The notes below the pieces were generated by a model. That model did not search any database and was not told the origin of the DNA. It saw nothing but the letters and a program-made list of their open reading frames with translations. A DNA stretch of 64,000 nt, taken from NCBI GenBank assembly GCA_964515295.1, contig CAZETW010000001.1:367-64366 (forward strand), given 5' to 3'. This DNA is from an uncultured bacterium (lineage in GTDB: Bacteria; Zhuqueibacterota; QNDG01; CAYUAG01). A program made the translations under genes and the position numbers. Positions 47,226 through 57,403 of this stretch are shown here, one piece after another; position 1 is the first letter of the stretch, and each line of letters starts with the position of its first letter.

Positions 47226-48191
47226 TTATACTCCCAGTTTTTTACTGATAGGAAAGCTGCTGTTGGTACTGTGTGTTCTGGTTATCATTTCTCCGATCAA
47301 TCCTATGGAAATAAACTGAACACCGATAATCAAAAGCATAACTCCGATAAATAATAAAGGTCTGTTGCTGAGATAGGAAATTTTCTTCAGTTTTAAAATA
47401 GCCAGATAAATAATAATCGCAGCTCCGGAAAATGAAGATAACAATCCTATTATGCCAAAAAAATGCAGCGGTCGTTTCATATATTTGGTGAGGAAAAGCA
47501 CAGTAATAAAATCAAATAATCCTTTAAAAAAACGGCTGAATCCATACTTAGTTTTACCAAATCGTCTCTTCCTGTGATTTACTTTTACTTCTCCAATGGA
47601 AAATCCCTCCCATTTAGCCAATACAGGAATAAATCTATGTAATTCACCGTATAATCTCAGTTTTTCAATTACTTCTCTGCGGTAAATCTTCAATCCACAG
47701 TTAAAATCATGTATAGGGATTCCTGATAATAAAGAGGTAACTGTATTATATATACGAGAAGGAATACGTTTTGATAACGGATCTTTCCTTTTTACTTTCC
47801 ACCCCGAAACCAGATCATACCCTTGATCCAGTGTTTTTAGTAAAGACGGTATTTCCGCCGGATCATCCTGTAAATCCCCGTCCATAGTGACAATAAAGTT
47901 ACCTCTGGAAACGGAGAAACCTGCAGCCAGAGCCGCTGCTTTTCCCTTATTTTTTCTGAATTTAATTGCTTTCACTCTGTTATCTGATCTATGAATATTT
48001 TCTATGATCCTGAATGTTCTGTCAGTTGAACCATCATCAACATAAATAATTTCGAACTCAATATTGTTTTCTTTCCCTGCCTGACAAATTTCTGAATAGA
48101 GTTGTTTTATGGATCCCTCCTCGTTAAAAACAGGAATCACAATGGACAAAAGATTACCTTTATTTATTTTATCATTTGCATTAAAGTTCAA
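47226..48191 (-). CDS. GT2 polyprenyl-phosphate glycosyltransferase (DPM1/ArnC/GtrB-like) with C-terminal TM helices
   Basis: LSIVIPVFNEEGSI, YVDDGSTDRT, DGDLQDDP (DxD) blocks and two C-terminal TM segments. Confidence 0.85.
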   Translation of the reverse strand: MNFNANDKINKGNLLSIVIPVFNEEGSIKQLYSEICQAGKENNIEFEIIYVDDGSTDRTFRIIENIHRSDNRVKAIKFRKNKGKAAALAAGFSVSRGNFIVTMDGDLQDDPAEIPSLLKTLDQGYDLVSGWKVKRKDPLSKRIPSRIYNTVTSLLSGIPIHDFNCGLKIYRREVIEKLRLYGELHRFIPVLAKWEGFSIGEVKVNHRKRRFGKTKYGFSRFFKGLFDFITVLFLTKYMKRPLHFFGIIGLLSSFSGAAIIIYLAILKLKKISYLSNRPLLFIGVMLLIIGVQFISIGLIGEMITRTHSTNSSFPISKKLGV

Positions 48192-48984
48192 TTTCTTCTA
48201 CTCCCTCCGGAATTTTCATTTTATACCAATCTTCCGGTAACTTTTGATTTATATCCATTATCTCATAATATAAGGTTATTCTCTGACTGGGATTATACTG
48301 GGTTATCTGAATAAATTTTGGGAGCCGTAATCTGCCCCTTTTATAAAACATATTCCCTTCCCAAACCCATAAGGGATCTCCATATCTATTTCTTCTCTCC
48401 CACCTGCTTACTACAGGTCCTCTGGGTTTAATCCAGATTTTCTCTTTAACCTCTCCGGTATTTAAAGGGATAATATAAGCATCTTCCCGGGATGAATACA
48501 CAATGGTTGAATCAGACCTAGTATCAGGGGGATCTATTACCCCTAAAAATGACTGAATAATATCTGAAATCTCTACATTCCAGGGAACTAAATTCAATTC
48601 TCGTAAACGGTCCACTGATCCTGTATATAAAATTTTCTCTGAAGGAATATAATACTGCATTTCTTTTCCCTTTGTCCGGACCAAAGCAACATCTATTCCC
48701 ATTGGTCCTTCAAACTTCATCCATAAAGAATCAGGGTTTTTCATGCATATTTTAATATTTCCTTTGAACATATATTCACTGGAGAGCATTCGCAATTTTG
48801 CTTTTCCCTGAAAGCTTTTTAATGACCGAACATTTTGGTGAATTTTATTAACTAATGTATGAGATGATACAACTGGTGCAACTTTCGAGGATAAAAATGG
48901 TATTCCGCATTCTGAAAAAAGAAGCACGATAAAAATAAAACATAACCAAAACCAAATCCAGGAACCTGCCCTTAGTATCTTCAT
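48181..48984 (-). CDS. Hypothetical secreted/lipoprotein (LolA-like/DUF4292-like size and context)
   Basis: N-terminal signal/anchor, 267 aa, no catalytic motifs. Overlaps the GT2 start; follows the TPR gene with a 5-nt gap. Confidence 0.35.
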   Translation of the reverse strand: MKILRAGSWIWFWLCFIFIVLLFSECGIPFLSSKVAPVVSSHTLVNKIHQNVRSLKSFQGKAKLRMLSSEYMFKGNIKICMKNPDSLWMKFEGPMGIDVALVRTKGKEMQYYIPSEKILYTGSVDRLRELNLVPWNVEISDIIQSFLGVIDPPDTRSDSTIVYSSREDAYIIPLNTGEVKEKIWIKPRGPVVSRWERRNRYGDPLWVWEGNMFYKRGRLRLPKFIQITQYNPSQRITLYYEIMDINQKLPEDWYKMKIPEGVEEIEL

Positions 48985-48988
48985 AGGA

Positions 48989-50695
48989 CTATTCCATAAT
49001 CTGGTTTATTTTATTCTTTATAACTGAATTATTCGGTTCCAGTTCCAGAGCTTTTTCCCAGCTCATTTTCGCTTTTTCCTCCATCCCCAATTTTTTATAC
49101 ACATCTCCTAAATGGTCAGCCACCTCAGCACTATCCTGACGTTTGGAAAATGCTTTTCCTAAATAATCCAACGCTTCCTTATAGTTACCTTTTTTATAAA
49201 GAATCCACCCCATAGTATCAAGAAATGAACCATTTTCAGGATTTATTGAGATAGCTTTTTTAGCCATACTCAGCGCTTTATCAAGCTGAATTCCCCTGAC
49301 TGAAAGACTATATCCATAATTATTTAATGCAGTAGCATTATCTGGTTCAATCTCCAGTATTTTCTGATACAGACTGTCTGCAATAGAATACTGTTCAATA
49401 CTTTCATAGGAATTTGCCAATGACATTAATGCTGGTATCCAGTTTGAATTAAAAACAAGAGCATTTTTGAGATGAGGTATTGCCTCTCCGGGACGTTCCT
49501 TTTGAATATAAAGTATTCCCAGGTAATAATTCCCCAGAGGATTATTGGGAGAAAGCTCTAAAGCTTTTTGAAGATCCTTTACTGCAGCGTCTAAACTATC
49601 CATTTGAATTAAATTTATTCCCTGCCAAAGCCAGCCTGCAGAATTTTCAGGACTTTTGTTCTGTATTTCTTTAAATTCATGAAAAGCTGCCTGATTATCA
49701 TTACTATCAAGGTAGAGTCTTCCCAGTTCTGCTCTTATCTGCATTTCATCAGGAAATATTTTTTTCATATTTTCATATACATCTATTGCTTTTAAAGTAT
49801 CGCCTTTCTCCTGATATAAATCACTAAGTACATACCAATTTTGAATTGTACTGGAATCCTGTTTTATCTGTTCTTTAAAAAATTCTATACCTTTATCAAT
49901 CTTTTTCTCTTTCAGAAAAAGGTTTCCTAATCGGTTTGAAACCTGCTCCAGATCTGGAGATAGCTGAAGCGATTTCTTATAATTTGCTATCGCCATTGTA
50001 GTATCTTTCAAAGCCTCTCTGACCAAACCTAAGCCGTAATATCCATGACCGTCAAAATGATTAATTTTATTAAAGTCATAAAAAGCCTTTTCTGCATTCT
50101 CATACTGACCTAATTCAAAATATAGATCACCCAATCGCAGTAACAGTTCTGGACTGGGTGAATCACTGACCTCAAGAATATGATTATACATTTCTACAGC
50201 TTTTTCTGTTTTTCTTTGTTTTAAATAAATCAAAGCAAGATTATATAAAGATTCAACATTAGTACTGTCCAGAGAAATAATTTTTTCCAGATATTTTTCC
50301 GCTTCCTTGATTTTATTTTGCCGGATCATCACATTTGAAAGCAGTTCCAGCGCTTTAATATTATCAGGATCTAACTTGATAATCCTGTCCAGAAATCTTT
50401 TACCGCTCTCATCTTTGCCTAAAAGAAGATAATCTCTGGCGATGGCCAGATTGATTTCTGCAGAAGTGGAGTCATAGAGTAAAGCTTCCTGGTACGCTAA
50501 CAGTGCACCTGCATAATTTCCCTGTAAGTCCAGTATTACTCCATCTGTGAATTTATTAACAGCCCTCTGATCAGGCTTTTGGTTTTGCTGTACTCTCTTT
50601 GATAAAACCGGATTCATATGACTACAACTTACTGTCATGATACCAATTGCAGATATGATCCATAATAATAACACTGATTTTCTCACAATAATCAC
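48989..50695 (-). CDS. TPR-repeat lipoprotein
   Basis: Signal with a Cys lipobox-like site (MTVSCSH) followed by 12 or more TPR units. Confidence 0.7.
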   Translation of the reverse strand: MIIVRKSVLLLWIISAIGIMTVSCSHMNPVLSKRVQQNQKPDQRAVNKFTDGVILDLQGNYAGALLAYQEALLYDSTSAEINLAIARDYLLLGKDESGKRFLDRIIKLDPDNIKALELLSNVMIRQNKIKEAEKYLEKIISLDSTNVESLYNLALIYLKQRKTEKAVEMYNHILEVSDSPSPELLLRLGDLYFELGQYENAEKAFYDFNKINHFDGHGYYGLGLVREALKDTTMAIANYKKSLQLSPDLEQVSNRLGNLFLKEKKIDKGIEFFKEQIKQDSSTIQNWYVLSDLYQEKGDTLKAIDVYENMKKIFPDEMQIRAELGRLYLDSNDNQAAFHEFKEIQNKSPENSAGWLWQGINLIQMDSLDAAVKDLQKALELSPNNPLGNYYLGILYIQKERPGEAIPHLKNALVFNSNWIPALMSLANSYESIEQYSIADSLYQKILEIEPDNATALNNYGYSLSVRGIQLDKALSMAKKAISINPENGSFLDTMGWILYKKGNYKEALDYLGKAFSKRQDSAEVADHLGDVYKKLGMEEKAKMSWEKALELEPNNSVIKNKINQIME

Positions 50696-50799
50696 TCCAT
50701 CTTGATTTCTTTTACATTACCATGCAATGTACTATATATTAAAGAGTTTTTCAAGAAAAAGATAATGATTTTTTTATTTTTGTTTACTATATTTATTTT

Positions 50800-53037
50800 A
50801 TGACTTATGCTGATAACAACAGATGGGTGAATATTATTTTCCCTCATCCCCCCTATCAAACATTTACTTATACAGTTCCGGAAAAATTCAGGAAGCAGAT
50901 AAAAAAGGGGCAAAGAGTACTGGTGCCTCTTGGTAAAAGACAAGTATATGGATTAATTGAAAGTTTTTCTGAAAAGCCTGCGCTGAAAAACATGCGGGAA
51001 ATAATCAATATTACTGATACTGAGCCCATTTTGACTACTGATGTATTTGAACTTACTAAATGGATAGCTTCTTACTATCTGACTCCCTGGGGAATGGTTG
51101 TGAAAACAGCTCTCCCCCCCGGAACATTTAACAAAAATAAAGTAAAGATTCAATATGAGCAATCCATTCATCTTACCAGGACAATTCATGCTGAGGAAAT
51201 AGCTGAGCTGAAAAAGAAAGCACCGGTTCAGGCGCGGGTATTGAAAATCCTTTTAGAAAACAAAGAAGGGGTGAAACGAAAAAAGATCAAAGAAAGAATT
51301 GATGTTCTCAATCGTCTTCAGCAAAAAGGATTAATAAACTTTACAGAATCAGAAGTTATACGGGATCCATATAAGAATACACCTATCATCCCCCCCAAAT
51401 CCATCAAAATTACAAAAGAACAAAATTCTGCTTTAATGACCATTAAAGATGCTACTGATAAAAATCAATTTAATCCTATATTACTTCACGGTATTACTTC
51501 AAGCGGTAAAACTCAAGTTTATATTGAAGCTATTAAACATATTTTTGAAAGAGGGAATACAGCACTTGTGCTAATCCCGGAAATATCTTTAACTCCACAG
51601 GCAGTGCAGAGATATAAAAGTCACTTCGGTGATCAGGTGGCAGTTCTTCACAGTCGTATGTCAACCGGTGAAAGATATGATACTTGGCGTAAAATAAAAG
51701 ACGGCACTTTTAAAATTACTATAGGACCCAGATCAGCCTTATTTGCTCCGCTGGATAATCTCGGTATCATTATTGTCGATGAAGAACATGATGCATCCTA
51801 TAAACAAAAAAATCCCGCACCTCGTTATCATGCCCGGGATTCAGCTATAGTAAGAGCAAAAATCAATAACTGTGTCATTATTCTTGGTTCTGCCACTCCC
51901 AGTCTGGAATCATATCATAATGCCATAAAAGGCAAATACTCACTCTGTACACTCAGTCAACGCATTGATGATCTACCGCTGCCGAAAGTTACTCTTATTG
52001 ACCATAAAAAAACAATAATAAAAAAAGAAACCCGGGTTTTCTGTCCTGTCCTGAAAGAAAACATACTCCTGAGACTGGAAAACGGGGATCAGATAATTCT
52101 ACTCCAGAACAGAAGGGGATATTCCACATTTTTGCGGTGTTCGAGCTGCGGAAATATAGAATCCTGTCCCAACTGTGATATAAGCTTAACCTATCATCAG
52201 AAGAATCATTTACTTATGTGTCATACATGCAATTTTCAGAAAAAAGCTCCCGATTCATGTCCTGCCTGCGGAGGAACCATTATCTCCTACCGGGGAATCG
52301 GCACTCAGAGGGTTGAAGAAGAACTTATAAGACTATTCCCGGATTCAAAAATCACCAGAATGGATCAGGATACTACCAGAAGAAAGGGAACCCATGATAA
52401 AATTATTACTGATTTTGAAAATAAAAATAGCGATATTCTGTTCGGCACTCAGATGATTGCCAAGGGACATGATTTTCCGGGCGTCAATCTGGTGGGAATT
52501 ATTTCTGCCGACACCGGACTGTATTTCCCTGATTTCCGCTCCGGTGAAAAAACTTTTCAGTTATTAACTCAGGCTGCAGGAAGAGCCGGAAGAAAGGGGA
52601 TGCCGGGTGAAGTAATAATCCAGACTATGAATCCTGAACATCCTGTACTGCAATTTGCAGTCGACCACGACTATGAAAAATTTTTTAAGTATGAATCCAG
52701 ACAACGTCGGGAACTTCAATATCCTCCCTGGGGCAGGATCATCATAGTAAGATTCCGTTCCAGAATTAATGATGATGCAGCAAAGGCAGCACAGTTATTT
52801 TATCAGAACATAACAAAAAATAAATCTGTCATCACTCTGGGACCGGCTGTCTGCCCTATCAGCCGCATAAAAAACTACTACCGTTATCAGATCATGTTCC
52901 GCAGCAGTAAAGCAAAGGATCCTTCAGGCAGGATTCTAAGAGATAACGTAAGGGAGACAATGAAACGCTACCTTGGAAAAAGAAAATTTCCCAATGTTAA
53001 AATAGCCATTGATGTGGATCCTGTGGATGTGATGTGA
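50800..53037 (+). CDS. priA: Primosomal protein N' (replication-restart helicase)
   Basis: Walker A GITSSGKTQVY, DEEHD box, and Cys-rich zinc ribbons CSSCGNIESCPNCD...CHTCNF...CPACGG. Confidence 0.92.
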   Translation: MTYADNNRWVNIIFPHPPYQTFTYTVPEKFRKQIKKGQRVLVPLGKRQVYGLIESFSEKPALKNMREIINITDTEPILTTDVFELTKWIASYYLTPWGMVVKTALPPGTFNKNKVKIQYEQSIHLTRTIHAEEIAELKKKAPVQARVLKILLENKEGVKRKKIKERIDVLNRLQQKGLINFTESEVIRDPYKNTPIIPPKSIKITKEQNSALMTIKDATDKNQFNPILLHGITSSGKTQVYIEAIKHIFERGNTALVLIPEISLTPQAVQRYKSHFGDQVAVLHSRMSTGERYDTWRKIKDGTFKITIGPRSALFAPLDNLGIIIVDEEHDASYKQKNPAPRYHARDSAIVRAKINNCVIILGSATPSLESYHNAIKGKYSLCTLSQRIDDLPLPKVTLIDHKKTIIKKETRVFCPVLKENILLRLENGDQIILLQNRRGYSTFLRCSSCGNIESCPNCDISLTYHQKNHLLMCHTCNFQKKAPDSCPACGGTIISYRGIGTQRVEEELIRLFPDSKITRMDQDTTRRKGTHDKIITDFENKNSDILFGTQMIAKGHDFPGVNLVGIISADTGLYFPDFRSGEKTFQLLTQAAGRAGRKGMPGEVIIQTMNPEHPVLQFAVDHDYEKFFKYESRQRRELQYPPWGRIIIVRFRSRINDDAAKAAQLFYQNITKNKSVITLGPAVCPISRIKNYYRYQIMFRSSKAKDPSGRILRDNVRETMKRYLGKRKFPNVKIAIDVDPVDVM

Positions 53038-53096
53038 GAGTGATGTAAAATTTATTTGAATTTAAATATAAATTTTTGTATTATTGATTAATTAAA

Positions 53097-53915
53097 ATGA
53101 ATACTGTACATAAAAAATATCATACACTTCAGGAAATTCTGGAGAATCTGCAATCAGCTGTCATTGCTTTTTCCGGCGGTGTGGACAGTACATTTCTGCT
53201 CCGGGTTGCAAAAAATATTCTTAAGGAAAATATCATTGCAGTTACGTTCAGATCAGAAATAATTCCTCAGTCTGAAATTGAAGAGGCACAATCCCTGGTA
53301 TCGGAATTCGGTGTAAGACATATTATTATCGGTTCAGATATTCTCCATCACGAACCATTTATTGCCAATGATAAGCAACGATGTTATTACTGCAAAAAAA
53401 TTATTTTTTCTGACCTATCAGAAATTGCCAAAGAACATAATCTTAAACATATCATAGAAGGTTCAAATGCAGATGATGCCCATGATTACCGTCCCGGCAG
53501 AAAAGTACTCAAAGAAATGAACATTTTGAGCCCTCTTGCCCAGGCAGGACTTACTAAGGAGGAAATAAGGAAACTATCCCGGAAAATGGGACTTCCGACC
53601 TGGAACAAACCTGCTCTGGCCTGTCTTGCCACCCGCATCCCCTATGGAACGCCCATCACTAAAGAGAAGATAAAAAGGATCAGTAAATGTGAACAGTTTC
53701 TGCATGAATTGGGGTTTGAACAGGTCCGGGTCAGAGATCATGAAACTATAGCCCGGATAGAAATACCACTATCGGATATCAGTGAGCTCATAAAAGAAGA
53801 AAAATCTTCTGCAGTTACTGCCGCCTTTAAAAACCAGGGTTTTAAATACATATGTGCTGATATCGAAGGGTACAGAACCGGAAGCATGAATGAGGTACTG
53901 AACAATGAAAAGTGA
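53097..53915 (+). CDS. larE: ATP-dependent sacrificial sulfur transferase LarE (PP-loop ATPase)
   Basis: PP-loop AFSGGVDSTFLL, 272 aa, and position immediately upstream of larB-larC. Confidence 0.8.
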   Translation: MNTVHKKYHTLQEILENLQSAVIAFSGGVDSTFLLRVAKNILKENIIAVTFRSEIIPQSEIEEAQSLVSEFGVRHIIIGSDILHHEPFIANDKQRCYYCKKIIFSDLSEIAKEHNLKHIIEGSNADDAHDYRPGRKVLKEMNILSPLAQAGLTKEEIRKLSRKMGLPTWNKPALACLATRIPYGTPITKEKIKRISKCEQFLHELGFEQVRVRDHETIARIEIPLSDISELIKEEKSSAVTAAFKNQGFKYICADIEGYRTGSMNEVLNNEK

Positions 53916-54660
53916 ACAGATCAAAAGGTTACTTGAAGATATTCAGACTGGAAAGATGAACATCAATGGCGCCATGGAAAAACTTAGATCCCTTCCTTAT
54001 GAAGATCTGGGGTTTGCCAAAATCGATACTCACCGGGCTTTCCGGAGGGGATTTCCAGAAGTCATCTTTTGTGAGGGTAAAACCCCTGAACAGGTACAAA
54101 AAATCGTGGAAAAAATGACCATTGATAATCAGACTGTCCTGGCCATGAGAGCAGAAAAACATATCTTTACCGCTGTTACAAAAGTCACTGACAAGGCTCA
54201 CTATTATGAACAGGCACGAGCAATTGTAATAGGACAAATCCCAAAAATAAAGAACAAAAATAAAATACTCATTATTTCCGCTGGCACAGCAGATATGGGA
54301 GTGGCTGAAGAAGCAGCAATCACGGCTCAGTGCATGGGAAATGCTATTGACCGGCTCTACGATGCCGGGGTTGCCGGCGTGCACCGCCTGCTGCAGAATC
54401 GAGAACAGATTTATTCTGCTCAGGTTATTATTGTGGTTGCAGGAATGGAGGGAGCTCTTCCCGGCGTAGTAGGAGGATTAGTTGACAAACCGGTGATTGC
54501 AGTGCCCACAAGTATTGGCTATGGAGCCAGCTTTAAAGGAATTTCTGCACTGCTCACCATGCTTAACTCCTGTGTGCCGGGAATCGGTGTGGTAAATATT
54601 GATAATGGATTCGGGGCAGGATATCTGGCCAGTATGATCAACAATCTGAACAGCAAATAG
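53905..54660 (+). CDS. larB: Nickel-pincer cofactor biosynthesis protein LarB (PurE-like pyridinium-3,5-biscarboxylic acid mononucleotide synthase)
   Basis: N-terminal LarB block GFAKIDTHRAFRRGFPEVIFCEGKT plus PurE-like ILIISAGTADMGVAEEA...VIIVVAGMEGALPGVV. Confidence 0.85.
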   Translation: MKSEQIKRLLEDIQTGKMNINGAMEKLRSLPYEDLGFAKIDTHRAFRRGFPEVIFCEGKTPEQVQKIVEKMTIDNQTVLAMRAEKHIFTAVTKVTDKAHYYEQARAIVIGQIPKIKNKNKILIISAGTADMGVAEEAAITAQCMGNAIDRLYDAGVAGVHRLLQNREQIYSAQVIIVVAGMEGALPGVVGGLVDKPVIAVPTSIGYGASFKGISALLTMLNSCVPGIGVVNIDNGFGAGYLASMINNLNSK

Positions 54661-54708
54661 TTTTTACTGGTTCAAGATATAACTCATTTTAATTCGAAGG
54701 AGTGTATA

Positions 54709-55887
54709 ATGAAAATTGGCTATTTCGACTGTATAGCCGGTGCCAGCGGTGACATGATACTGGGAAGCCTGCTCGATTGCGGACTTGATTTTGAGTATTT
54801 AAAAACTGAACTGGATAAACTTGATCTGAAAAATGTCTCCATAAAAAAACATAAAGACCAAAAAAACCAAATCAGCGGAACAAAATTTGAGGTTTCCTAT
54901 AAAGAAAGTCGCCATCATCATCGTGGATTGCACAATGTACTGGATATCATCGACAGCAGCAATCTGAACAAAAAAGTAAAAACCAACACCAAGAATATTT
55001 TTAACAGGCTTGCAGAGGCTGAAGCTAAGATACATGCAAAGTCTGTGGATGAAATACATTTTCATGAAGTAGGTGCAGTTGATGCCATTGTTGACATAAC
55101 CGGTGCAGCCATAGGTTTCGACTATTTTAATATTGAGCAAATAGCTGCATCCCGAATACATATCGGGACCGGTACTTTAAAATGTGCTCATGGAATACTT
55201 CCTGTTCCGGCTCCGGCTACCCTTGAAATGCTGAAATCCATCCCTGTATATTCCACCAATATTCAGCAGGAACTGCTCACCCCTACCGGAGCTGCAATTC
55301 TCTCCACTCTGGGAACCCATTTCGGGGGCATGCCAGCCATGACCATTGAAAGAACCGGATATGGATTAGGCAGCCGTGATCTTGATATTCCCAATATTTT
55401 ACGTCTCACCATAGGCAATAAATCTGCCGAGTTTGAACATGATATAGTACAAATGATAGAAACCAATATAGATGATATGAATCCCCAGTTTTATGAACAT
55501 TTAATGGATACTCTGTTCAAAAACGGAGCCAAGGATGTTTTTCTTACCTCTGTGATCATGAAGAAAAATCGGCCCGGAGTCGTTCTTAACGTCCTTTCTG
55601 ATCCCGGTAAGATTGATCAGTTGTCAGAAATTATTTTCAAGCAGACCACCACTCTGGGAGTAAGAATATCTGATATAAAAAAAAGAAATATCCTCCACAG
55701 AGAACTGATAACCGTACCTACCCCCTGGGGTAAAGTACGGGTAAAAGTACGGTCTCTTGATGCACATAATAAAAATATCTCACCTGAATATGATGACTGT
55801 AAAAAAATAGCAAATGAAAAAAATATTCCCATACAAATTATATACGATAAAGTAAAACAAATTGCCCAGGAAAGAATTTCTTCCTAA
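54709..55887 (+). CDS. larC: Nickel insertion protein LarC (DUF111 family)
   Basis: Hallmark N-terminus MKIGYFDCIAGASGDMILGSLLDCG, HFHEVGAVDAIVDI, and a C-terminal domain. 392 aa. Confidence 0.88.
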   Translation: MKIGYFDCIAGASGDMILGSLLDCGLDFEYLKTELDKLDLKNVSIKKHKDQKNQISGTKFEVSYKESRHHHRGLHNVLDIIDSSNLNKKVKTNTKNIFNRLAEAEAKIHAKSVDEIHFHEVGAVDAIVDITGAAIGFDYFNIEQIAASRIHIGTGTLKCAHGILPVPAPATLEMLKSIPVYSTNIQQELLTPTGAAILSTLGTHFGGMPAMTIERTGYGLGSRDLDIPNILRLTIGNKSAEFEHDIVQMIETNIDDMNPQFYEHLMDTLFKNGAKDVFLTSVIMKKNRPGVVLNVLSDPGKIDQLSEIIFKQTTTLGVRISDIKKRNILHRELITVPTPWGKVRVKVRSLDAHNKNISPEYDDCKKIANEKNIPIQIIYDKVKQIAQERISS

Positions 55888-56032
55888 AAGCAAAACTGTA
55901 ACTTTTAAATCTATCAAAACAAATGCGATCAGAATGTTTAATATCAATTACTTTCATGCTTCTCAATCGTAAGCAGATTTCTGCCTCTGAACTTGCCGAA
56001 AATTCAATGTCTCAGTTCGTACCATCCTAGAT

Positions 56033-56058
56033 CGCCCTGGATTTCCCAATCCAGGGCG
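56033..56058. terminator. GC-rich perfect hairpin CGCCCTGGAT-ttccca-ATCCAGGGCG with no flanking U-run
   Basis: 10-bp stem, 6-nt loop, 145 nt downstream of the larC stop. No T-tract on either strand, so its function is unclear: rho-dependent or structural element, or an RNase site. Confidence 0.35.
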
Positions 56059-56060
56059 CA

Positions 56061-56084
56061 TAAAAAATGAGCTTTGTAGCTCAT
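56061..56084 (-). terminator. Rho-independent terminator for the minus-strand DUF72 remnant
   Basis: Stem TGAGCT/AGCTCA (56068-56073 / 56078-56083), loop TTGT. On the minus strand it is followed by TTTTTTA (complement of the A6 at 56062-56067). Confidence 0.55.
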
Positions 56085-56101
56085 ACAATAATATAATAAA
56101 A

Positions 56102-56458
56102 TCATGAATTGGTTATCCAATAATCACAGTAACATCCTGTTCTGTCTTCAAGAATGCTGGCTGACTGATAAAATCGGTTCAGAAGATCGTCACCCTGTTT
56201 CAATTTATAGAAATGAGTGATTCTTCTATTGGCCTTCAACGTCATTTGAAATCCGTCTGGAAGTTTATTCCTCCAGCCTTTCAGCATGTTTGCAAAAGGA
56301 AAGCGATAAAAAGACATATTCAGTTCAACTGTATTAAAATACTGAGCCAGATATATGATCCACTCCGATCGCTTTAATTCATCAGGATAGAATTTTCCTA
56401 CCCAGTCATCATAACTCCAGCCGCTGGTACCAATAAAATATTCAGGATGTTGAATCAT
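56102..56458 (-). pseudogene. Truncated DUF72 (UPF0759/YecE-like) gene: only the N-terminal ~118 aa remain
   Basis: Begins with family hallmark IGTSGWSYDDWVGKFYP...TVELNMSFYRFP but stops at 118 aa; full-length DUF72 proteins are ~250-280 aa. No continuing ORF downstream. Confidence 0.5.
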
Positions 56459-56634
56459 TATAACAATAAAATTTGAGATTGTTTAATAAATTAAAAAACA
56501 AAAAACTATAAAAATATCAGAGACACAAAAATATTATAAAACAATTTATTTTTCAAGGTTGTCATACAAAACTCTGTAAACTCTGTAGTTTATTGAGGTT
56601 GGAGATATATTCAGAATTATTATACTGCTAATTA

Positions 56635-57192
56635 TCAAAAATGGAACGACAGCATCACTCTTTTGTAGGAATAATTTGCACTCATTTTTATGGGGCCAAT
56701 GGGGATGGTTACTTCCATGGGTTTAAAAGAAATGTAAATCGACCCCAGACTTAAAAGTCCGGATCCTATACACAGGGCAAGATGCTCCCAGGATTTATCA
56801 TCTATATTTCTTAGTTCAGGATCAGCCTGGTTTTGCTCATCAATTTTTTTGATGCGGTCCCTTTCATCCCGATAATCACCAAATTTTTTTATACTGTAAG
56901 CCCCTGAAGAAATCCCCAGCACCAGTAAAGGTAAAAACGGGTGGTGCACTTCTTTATAGTAACGCATCTTTTTTTCAAGATCTATTATCATCTTCCCCCG
57001 ATGAATTTCCGAAATATCACTTTTGGGCACAACAATAATAGTCCCGTCAATTAATCGAAGGATAAATCCTTTCTCGGTTAATTTGACTACCTCGCCTCTA
57101 TACTTCTTATTCTGTTTGGTAATAATAATATCTTGACCGAAACAGTGAACTGCCATCACTAAAAAAACAACTAATAATAACATTTTTTTCAT
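56635..57192 (-). CDS. Hypothetical secreted/membrane protein
   Basis: Signal peptide (MKKMLLLVVFLVMAVHCFGQ) and a C-terminal hydrophobic segment. No recognisable domain. Confidence 0.4.
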   Translation of the reverse strand: MKKMLLLVVFLVMAVHCFGQDIIITKQNKKYRGEVVKLTEKGFILRLIDGTIIVVPKSDISEIHRGKMIIDLEKKMRYYKEVHHPFLPLLVLGISSGAYSIKKFGDYRDERDRIKKIDEQNQADPELRNIDDKSWEHLALCIGSGLLSLGSIYISFKPMEVTIPIGPIKMSANYSYKRVMLSFHF

Positions 57193-57403
57193 AATTTTAA
57201 AAAACCTATTATATTCTTATAAACCAAAAGGCTTAAATCTTATATAAATTCTGCAATTTTTATGCCTTCAATAAAATATGTTTAGATATAATATTAATTT
57301 TCTTTTATTCTTTTCCTTAAAAAAATTACTTCTCTTTTTATCCTCTTTAGGAACAATAATTTATATAATTTAACAATAAAACAAATATCACAGAAAAAGA
57401 ATT

